From Octopus vulgaris (Eukaryota): a stretch of DNA of 64,000 bases. The DNA lies in assembly GCA_951406725.2 (NCBI GenBank), contig OX597823.1:103974001-104038000 (forward strand), given 5' to 3'. Shown piece after piece: positions 54,553 to 64,000 of the stretch; positions within the stretch are counted from its first letter, which is position 1; each line of letters starts with the position of its first letter. The position numbers were made by a program, and so were the translations under genes. The notes under the pieces were generated by a model, which saw nothing but the letters and a program-made list of their open reading frames with translations, searched no databases and was not told where the DNA came from.

Positions 54553-54932
54553 TGGAGGCGCAATGGCCCAGTGGTTAGGGCAGCGGACTCGCGGTGGGAG
54601 GATCGCGGTTTCGATTCCCAGACCGGGCATTGTGAGTGTTTATTGAGCGAAAACACCTAAAGGCTCCACGAGGTTCCGGCAGGGGGTGGTGGTGAACCCT
54701 GCTGTACTCTTTCATCACAACTTTCTCTCACTCTTTCTTCCTGTTTCTCTTGTACCTGTATTTCAAAGGGCCAGCCTTGTCACATTCTGTGTGTCACACT
54801 GAATCTCCTCGAGAACTACGTTAAGGGTACACGTGTCTGTGGAGTGCTCAGCCACTTGCACGTTAATATCACGAGCAAGCTGTTCCGTTGATCGTATCAG
54901 CTGGGACCCTCATCGTCGCAACCGATGGAGTG
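54553..54932 (+). mobile_element. SINE family C, full length
   Basis: tRNA-like head (TGGCCCAGTGG A box, GGTTTCGATTCC B box) and tail ...CCCTCATCGTCGCAACCGATGGAGTG. Confidence 0.85.
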
Positions 54933-55326
54933 TTCCTATGTGTGTATGTATGTATGTATGGATGTATGTGTGTATATATATATATAAAAGTACAGGAGTG
55001 GTTGTGTGGTAAGAAGCTTGCTCCCCAACCACATGGTTCCTGATTCAGTCCCATTGCGTGGCCCCTTGGGCAGGTGTCTTCTGCTATAGCCTCGAACTGA
55101 CCAAAGCCTTCTGAGGGGATTTACTTACATGAAAGCCACTAAAAATGTCATCAAACATAACAAAATAAAACATTTGAAGATGACTCTAAGCTTCAGAAAG
55201 TCGTCATGGTTGTATATAATTGTATATGTATGTAGAACCCTAAAAGTACGCACAGCTTGTTTATATAATGCACATACATCTTATATGTGTATGTATGTAT
55301 GTATGTATGTATGAATGTATGTATGT

Positions 55327-55652
55327 GGATTCGATTCCCAGACCGGGCGTTGTGAGTGTTTATTGAGCGAAAACACCTAAAGCTCCACGAGGCTCCGGCA
55401 GGGGATGGTGGTGATCCCTGCTGTACTCTTTCACCACAACTTTCTCTCACTCTTACTTCCTGTTTCTGTTGTACCTGTATTTCAAAGGGCCGGCCTTGTC
55501 ACTCTCTGTGTCACGCTGAATATCCCCGAGAACTACGTTAAGGGTACACGTGTCTGTGGAGTGCTCAGCCACTTACACGTTAATTTCACGAGCAGGCTGT
55601 TCCGTTGATTCGGATCAACCGGAACCCTCGTCGTCGTAACCGACGGAGTGCT
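55327..55652 (+). mobile_element. SINE family C, 5'-truncated
   Basis: High identity to 54610-54932. Confidence 0.85.
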
Positions 55653-57825
55653 TCCACATGTATGTATGTATGTATGTATGTATGTATGTATGTATGTATG
55701 GTATGGATGGATGGATGGATGGATAGATGATGGATGGATGGATGGATGGATGGCTGTAAGTATGTATGTTTGTATGTATGTATGTGTTCCCTTCTGTTTT
55801 TAAATATTTGGGCTTTTCCTCTGACGAAGTACCAGCAAAGATACAAAGGTCCATCGTTGGAATGAAGATAAGAGAATCAATGTCAAATTTTAAACTTGAG
55901 AAAAGTCTTGCACATTTTTACTGTGCCACTTGCAAATTGTTTGCATTGTGCGAGTCACTTGGTTGATTTCTTTTTCTGAAAACCCTAGCTTATCCAGATT
56001 GTCCCTTCGGTATTTACTCACAAAACCATGTGCACTAATTATTGTTGGTATAAGTGTGAATTTGTAATCTGAATATAGAAGTTGGTGGTTTCGGAGCAGT
56101 TGTCCAAAGTTATTTTATTTTTCTTTGAATTTTAGAGACATTCACATCAGCTGGCTTATATTACGGAATATTCTTTTTCTGTTATGTTTACACTCGACAG
56201 ATATTTTGATGGCAATGTTCCACCAATATTCCCAGCGTCGATGTTTGTGTTTGTATTTAGTAACAGAAGGATTCTCTATATTTATTCTAGGACAGTCTTT
56301 TATCGAATGTATGTTTGAATGTATATATGCAAATATGTGTGTAAGACCTGTATCGTAAGATATCATGTTCGCCATTTAAAACACTATTATACTTACTTTT
56401 GATTTAGTCGGAATTATTAATATATACTATTAAATATTAGATTTCCGTCATGCGTCGCCGACTTGTAATAATAATATTCAACAGAATTTGAACTAATTTC
56501 TAAATCACAAAGAATAACAAAACCACTGATGAGACGTACTCCTTAATGTCTCAAATCTCGTCATTGGGCTTGGATTTTCGATGACTAACGATCATATACA
56601 TACATACATACATACAAACACACATACATACAAACATACATACATACATACATACATACATACATACATAAATACATACATACATACATACATACATACA
56701 TGTGTGTGTGTGTATACACGTATATGCCTATATGTATATATATACCTACAGACATAGATACATGTGTGTACATAATATATGTTTTAATACTCATGTGCAT
56801 ACATATACCCAAGCAAATATTCACACAGTATAATGAAATGTAATTAGAAATAATTTGTAAATTATTCCGGAAATTATGTTTTAAAATAGAAACGCAAAGT
56901 AAAGTTAAATAAATATAATCAAGAATAAATAAGAGAACAATTTTCTGGGAAAGGAAACTGCTGTAAGGTCGTTGAGGATAGCACAATATAAGAATAGAGC
57001 ACAGTGTTTAGCTGTTGTTTTCTAAGCCATACACTATGTGTATGAATATATGGAGGAGTTTATATCGGAAAATATAAATTGTTTTATTTCCACATTCATA
57101 TGAAAGTAGTTGAATGGAGTGTCATTCATTCCTTTTTTTAATATTATTTGCGTAAATTAAAATGCATTGCTTTTGACAAATTATTTCGGATTTCAGTGAA
57201 TGTGAGTAGATTAGAGGCTACGGTATTGGTCTCAAGATCTTGAAGACATTGATTTCAATGCTGATCTGAGTGACACATTGCGTTCTTGAACAAGACACTT
57301 CGGCTCACGTGCTTCGAATATACGCAACTGAAATAAATATCAGTAGTGGTTGTGGATTAACTCTGAATTGGACAGGCATCCTTTTTAGAAGCGAGAGAAT
57401 CTTGTACCATCTGTCGTTTACACGCCATAAAAATCGAGATAAGCGCGAGCAAAGAGACCTATAGACTCGAAAATTTAACTAACTTGACACAGAATCACCG
57501 GATATATTTTGAACGCATAACTTTAATAAATAATTGCTTATTTGACTAATTAATTATTTAATCCAACACCGTTCCACCGTACCAGCTTGGAACATTAACA
57601 AGCCCAGAATTTTCTTTTATAGAAAGAAGTAGCTCTAAAAATGTAATACAATTCCGACAATAGAAAGATCCTTCACTCAACTGCAATGAAGGATGTGACC
57701 CAGCTGTTAAACACACAGTCAAAAAACAAAAACAAAAAAAAACAGTAAAGAAATCAATGATATTTAACTTACACTTTCGATAAGTTAATTTAAAGATGTG
57801 TGTATGCATGTATGTATGTATGTAT

Positions 57826-57906
<81 letters not shown>

Positions 57907-57924
57907 TATATATGCTGTACTTAC

Positions 57925-58030
57925 ACGCCGCACAAGGTGGAATCAAAACCTTTGGGAATGATATGTATATGAATCCTCAGGAGTTGGTTGAAGTACTTAC
58001 CTAGAGGAAAAAAAGAATACATTACTATTA
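57925..58030 (-). other. Recursive-splice-site-like motif with a 76-nt cryptic exon
   Basis: Minus: GCTAAT...GTATTCTTTTTTTCCTCTAG|GTAAGT (AG at 58002-58001), with a second GT|GTAAGT donor after 57925. Confidence 0.45.
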
Positions 58031-58759
58031 GCTTGTGACAAAAGGAGCAACATTTAAAAAATAAATACAAAATACGTCGCATAAATGGCAATAGAAGTAC
58101 AAACAGATCAATATAAGTAAGAGATCGATGTATGAAGTAGAACACTAAAAGTAGTCGAACAATAAGTCACAACGCATTATAATTAACAGTGGACTATAAC
58201 TGAGAAGTCATGAAAATAACAGATCAATAGATGTGGTAGATCAATATTTGCCATAAGGAAAAGGACACAATAAATAACAGATCGATATAGGTAACAAACC
58301 AACCTAGGTAACAAATCGATACACCAAAAGTTTACAAACAAGAGAAGACAGTAAATAACGATATAAAAAGGATGACAATTAATTTTTACGAACGCAGAAA
58401 CGTCGTTGAACAGGAGAAATATTGAGTAAATTACACGTACAAAGCAGAAAAAATTGTCAACAAGTTTACATGAGGCTCGAACCTACATCCCTCAGAGACT
58501 CCGGCTGAAAGCTTTATAATTAAGCTAAACTGCCGGCTGACAAGTTTAACCGCAAATTTAAACGATGTAAAGCTAAATGCACAACCACTTGTATATAAAT
58601 ATAAACAAACTAACATTTGTTGTTTTATATGAGTCGATAAATGTGTAATGTTCGATACAAATAAGAGAGAATCTTATTTGTATCGTACAATAGACATTTT
58701 TGATATTGCTGCTGTTGCTGTTGAGCGAACGATCTTCATCCCAGAGCTCGCAAGATGGG

Positions 58760-59085
58760 AGAAGTCCGAAATGTGGTCCTTTGCTATTCATAAGACCTGC
58801 AGAAGAGAAAGCAGATCAACCCACGACACCGAGAGCATCAATAGATGGATGAATGCACATCCAGGCTCAGCGGTTGCGTAGGAAGTTGGGGACAAGAAAC
58901 AGGAAGAAAGAGTGAGAGAAAGTTGTGGCGAAAGAGTACAACAGGGGTCGCCACCACCGCCTGCCGGAGCCTCGTGGAGCTTTAGGTGTTTTCGCTCAAT
59001 AAACACACACAACGGTCTAGGAATCGAAACCTCGATCCTCCGACTTCGAGTCCGCTGCCCTAACCACTGGGCCATTGCGTCTCCA
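58760..59085 (-). mobile_element. SINE family C head with a third, different tail
   Basis: The head matches 54553 up to TCTTTCTTCCTGTTTCT, then continues TGTCCCCAACTTCCTACGCAACCGCTGAGCC...GAATAGCAAAGGACCACATTTCGG. Confidence 0.8.
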
Positions 59086-59455
59086 CTGATGTTACTGGTG
59101 CTATCCTGTTCATAGTTTTTGATGACATCGTTGCTGTTAAATAAACTTTAAATGCCATTGTTATTACTGTACTAACTTATGCTAAAGAAATCATCATTAC
59201 AGACGATGTTGTTATTGTCGTTGTTGATGTTATCTCTTAATGAAACGATTGTTCTTCTGTCGGCCGTTTGTTGAAGCTTTTCCTCCAGCAAAATGTTACG
59301 TAATGCAACACTATCTCTCTGACACCATGTCAGACGAACATAGCTGTTGACAAGCGAAAAGTTCTTGTCAGATTTCCGCCATTTTGTAAAAATCGTTGTA
59401 ACAGATAAACATAACTAAAACAACGACGACGATGACAGCAATAATCACATGGAGA

Positions 59456-59669
59456 AAGAAGAAGAAGAAGAAGAAGAAGAAGAAGAAGAAGAAGAAGAAG
59501 AAGAAGAAGAAGAAGAAGAAGAAGAAGAAATTGAAGAAGAGAAGAAGAAGAAGAAGAAGAAGAAGAAGAAGAAAAAAAGAAGAAGAAGAAGAAATTGAAG
59601 AAGAAGAAGAAGAAGAAGAAGAAGAAGAAGAAGAAGAAGAAGAAGAAGAAGAAGAAGAAGAAGAAGAAG

Positions 59670-59699
<30 letters not shown>
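59456..59699. repeat. (GAA)n microsatellite
   Basis: Visible tract. Confidence 0.95.
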
Positions 59700-59700
<1 letters not shown>

Positions 59701-59879
59701 TGTTAGACACAACGAGAAAATAATACAATGAATCGGTGTTTATCTGAAAAATGTAGTTTCTCTTGTTGTTCCTCTGGATATTTACTTTCATGTTTTATTT
59801 TTTTTTTTGTTATCTGTGTCTGACTACGTGTACGTGTTTGACTTTATGTTTGATTAAATTTATACTTCGTATGTGCATG

Positions 59880-60068
59880 TATTCACAAAAAAAAAGACAA
59901 AAGACGAAGACAGGTGGTGTAGAAAACAACCTGATGTATTAGTTTAACGCTCGGGAAATGAAAAAGTCTTTAACGTTTCGAGCCTACGCTCTTCCACAGA
60001 AAGGAACACAGAAAGAAACAAGGAGAGAAAATAAAGAATATGTAGTGGCTAGCGATCTATCATGGCGA

Positions 60069-60070
<2 letters not shown>
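59880..60070 (-). mobile_element. Penelope-like pLTR fragment with a variant minimal hammerhead
   Basis: Minus 60003-59968: CTTT-CTGTGGA-A-GAGC-GTAG-GCTC-GAAAC-GT-T-AAAG. Confidence 0.55.
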
Positions 60071-60123
<53 letters not shown>

Positions 60124-61827
60124 CAAACAGACAGACAAGATAGATATTAACAAAGCCAACTTACACATAGTACAGAGGCATTTATACTTGAACATTCATC
60201 GTCTGAAACTTTTAAGTCTGTGCTTTCTCTTATTTTGTATATCAAACTCAAGCAGTCTAATTTGTTTATTTCGATTTTTGTCTTTCTATCTGCTCGCCTA
60301 GATTCCTCTTATAGCCACAAGAACATTATAGCCATTAGGAACAGAAGAGACCGGGAAATGTTGCTGCGCCATGTACTATATCCTGGTAAAAGCCATCATT
60401 CCTGTTCAGTTTAGGTCCAGAAATTTAGCGGGGCAGCTACTTCGATAAACATTCCTATGGAAAATAAATTCTACCTCGAGCGTTTCCACACAATATTTGC
60501 ACACTTCTGCAATGCATACATGGTGGAGACACTAAAATTGAATACTAGGTGTTTCCCGCTAGAAATTTGTATAATCCTCGTGGTAGTTTTTGCAGTCTTT
60601 GACATCGAATGGGGTGAGGGTCTAATTCCTCTACGAAAAGGATTTGGAATATTTCGTTAATGAAATCATCGGCGATTGACGACTGGTGATGAGAAAAATG
60701 ACCATAGAGGTACAATCACCTCTCTGTAATGAATGCCAGTGCTTTAAATCGGGTCTGATGCTCCAGGTCGTACAAAAAAGGCGATGATCCTACACAGCTT
60801 TGTGTTCTTTTCGCGTACTTTGTATTATAGGGAATGTTTTGGTAAAAAAAAATCAGGCTGCATTAGATTTCATTGGGTCGCCAATAAAATGTATAAAGAT
60901 TGATTCTCTGTGAATGATGCATAGGCAGCGTGAGTCCCCTCCTTCACCAATCCACTTTACCCACGTCGATTATACAAGAACTCACAAACGGAAAAAGACT
61001 CTTACAACATAACAGCTGATGGTACAAAACTAACTTCGCGAAATAACTTGTGGAGAGAATGAGGAAAACGCTGGTTACTGCGAGTATATAATGTATGTAT
61101 TCGTATATGCGCGTTCATTTCGATTGAGCTTTCTTTAATAACCAGCAATAACATTAGACGGTAATTAATCGTAATGCTATTGTCATCTGGTTGTAGCTTG
61201 CTACATTAACGATGGTAAATACAGATTTGTAATTTATTCTTCGGCGCTTTCTATTTGTAATGATATTTGCTTCATATATCAGTTTCTTAATGGTTATTTA
61301 GAACATGCAAGAACAGAGGCATACGCTAGATATATAAGATTAAAGACATTAATCATATGCTTGTTAAAAGGTATATTTTACACCACAAAGTATTAAAAAG
61401 CAACGTTTTGCAGAGCACTGATTAATTAATTCATTCATCTTGCCAGAGTTCGTATTGTCATGCCTGTTAAACAGAACAATGTCGCTCTGCGTTTGTCTAC
61501 ACTTTAAATAGCTCAGTCTTTCTGTTACAGGAGAATAAGTATTCTTGTCATTGTGTGGCTCTAATTAATTTATCCCTGTCTCTACACTTAGAAAGGTAAA
61601 ACAGGTTGTGCTGTTATCAGTTCGAAATGAATTAAAATATGGAAGTTAAATATTATATTCATTAAAACCGTATTCCTTTGATTTCAACTACACGGTTACG
61701 CGTACGCATACATACATTTCTTTAGTATTCGAGTGCTACTTTCACCATCGTGTTTTGCACTGATGTACTCGTATTTTTGTGTGTGTATATGTAGAGACAC
61801 CACACACAAACACACACAAACACACAC

Positions 61828-61875
<48 letters not shown>

Positions 61876-61987
61876 CAATTAAGGATAACTTCTTAATAAG
61901 GAATCTTAACAAGAAATTATCAGGTAGATAGCGTGAATAATGTCCCTCTTAGCGTGTGGCATGTATGTGTAATAATGCCCTCTATAT

Positions 61988-62037
<50 letters not shown>

Positions 62038-62378
62038 AATAAGGGTAGAAATTGATATTAATCAATTAAAACCAGTGGCCCAGCATATTAAATCTTCGGA
62101 TTTATACATATATATATATATATGAATGTATGTATTTCTGTCTATATATATGTATATATATATATATATATATGATGCAGCACGTAATTTTGTCAGTGAA
62201 TAGGTCGCGGTCTCAAAGCGACGAAAATATTTTTGGCAAATTATATTTAAATGTTGAAGTGAATCTAACGGTTCTTTTTGTGTTTCTTAAATTGCTTATA
62301 AACACCGTCCACGCTGCAATTGTTTTCGTTCCAACACACAATCTCAGATCAGGTCACTTGCTATGCAAGTACATCTAC

Positions 62379-62455
<77 letters not shown>

Positions 62456-62671
62456 TAGTTATTGCCAAGCTAACATGGTAGTACAGAAAAATAGGACGAA
62501 TGCTGACGTTGATTAGCTCTTTTGTTGTCTTAGCCATTTCTATCAATATATATATATATCAAGCTATTTTGATTCATACATGTAACTCCCAGTACATTTG
62601 TTGAGTGGCTATGTTTCGTTTGTCCACTCCCTCTTATATACATACATAGATACGTATATGTTATACATACA

Positions 62672-62707
<36 letters not shown>

Positions 62708-63189
62708 TGTATATATATATATATACATATATACATATTTATATATATGTATGTATACACACACGCACACACACACTCACGCACACGCACACGCGCGCAC
62801 ACACATATATATATACATACATGTATATATATATAATAATCCTTCTCCATTAAAGGAAGCCGTAACATTTCGAGGAAACTCGAGTTACGAGTCATTGGTT
62901 CGCCCAAATAAATTATATAATGTGTGTATATATATATATATATGCATATATATAGGTATGTATGTAAATCAGTATATATGCTTATATATATTATGCATAT
63001 ACAATTCTCAAAACGAAATATGAACTCTTCCACATGAAAGTCATCAAGTTATTGTGCCGTGTGATTAACTGTTATTGTTGATAAGATTACATCAATCAAT
63101 CTTATGAACACAGTACATACATACATACAGACACACAAACATACGCACATACATATGTATATAGGTGTGTATATAAATGTGTGTGCTTG

Positions 63190-63348
<159 letters not shown>

Positions 63349-63847
63349 CCACAGTCACACATACACATGTATAATGCATATTTCCATATTAGTATATGGT
63401 ATCAAATCTGATGACTGAAATAAAATTCCTAGAAATGACAAAATTGTCAGATTACTGCAGCCCACCCTAAACGTACACACACACACATACACACACACAC
63501 ACACATTCATACACGCGTGCATACACACGTATGTGTGTTTGTGGTATATTTGAGTCTGTCTGCGGATGTACGTGTGTGTATATGTGTTTGTGTTTGTGTT
63601 TGTGTATGTGTGTCTGTGTGTGCATGTTTGTGTGTTTGTAGGAATACTAAATTAATATTCAATAAAGCGAAATTTAACTTCAAATCAAGAATACATGTTT
63701 ATTCAAAATATATTTAACGAGTTAGAATCTGAAAGCTGGTATCCCAGGGGTCATACATACATACAAGCATACATCATTACATGCATATGTATACATACTT
63801 ACATATTTCGAACTCAAATATTTACCTCTATTTAACCCTCCCACACC

Positions 63848-63895
63848 GTCTCTGATGAAGGGATATCCATAATATCCCAGAAACAGCAGTAAGAC
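63848..63895 (+). ncRNA. Minimal type I hammerhead ribozyme motif (Penelope-like)
   Basis: GTCT-CTGATGA-A-GGGATAT-CCATA-ATATCCC-A-GAAAC-AGCA-GTA-AGAC: stem I 4 bp, stem II 7 bp, stem III 2 bp, GTA triplet. Confidence 0.7.
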
Positions 63896-64000
63896 CGTAT
63901 CTATATGTATTTCCTTATAAATGTCCCGAAAACTTCTCACAGTCTTGGCTTTGTTATCTCATTTTGTCTAATATATATATGTGTGTGTGTGTGTGTGTGT

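Noticed and set aside
56524-56568. CTGATGA followed by a GAC/GTC stem
   Set aside because: No GAAA after stem II; better explained as a simple hairpin or a heavily decayed motif.

Overview
AT-rich, repeat-saturated animal genomic DNA, intronic or intergenic. The tRNA-derived SINE families and dense microsatellites suggest an octopus (inference). No intact, complete protein-coding gene is visible, and almost all ORFs in the track are microsatellite translations. Recognisable content: (1) an intronless, disrupted WIP/verprolin-like copy (18.2-19.2 kb, minus); (2) fragments of many transposon classes (Tx1/L1, CR1, RTE, R4/Dong, HERO-like, Penelope GIY-YIG, mariner, pogo, hAT, Helitron); (3) several SINE families; (4) a few candidate minus-strand exons and a well-formed recursive-splice-site motif at 58.0 kb. 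The strongest unexplained signal is a collection of hammerhead-ribozyme motifs. One is a non-circularly permuted hammerhead with a split stem II in the 3' UTR of a HERO-like retrotransposon (11.82-11.93 kb, minus). Others are a second candidate with the same strand order (15.6 kb), a hammerhead inside a 131-bp palindrome (10.2 kb), and several Penelope-type minimal hammerheads with shared core variants. All structure assignments were made by eye and need folding, covariation and cleavage tests. Repeat boundaries are approximate.
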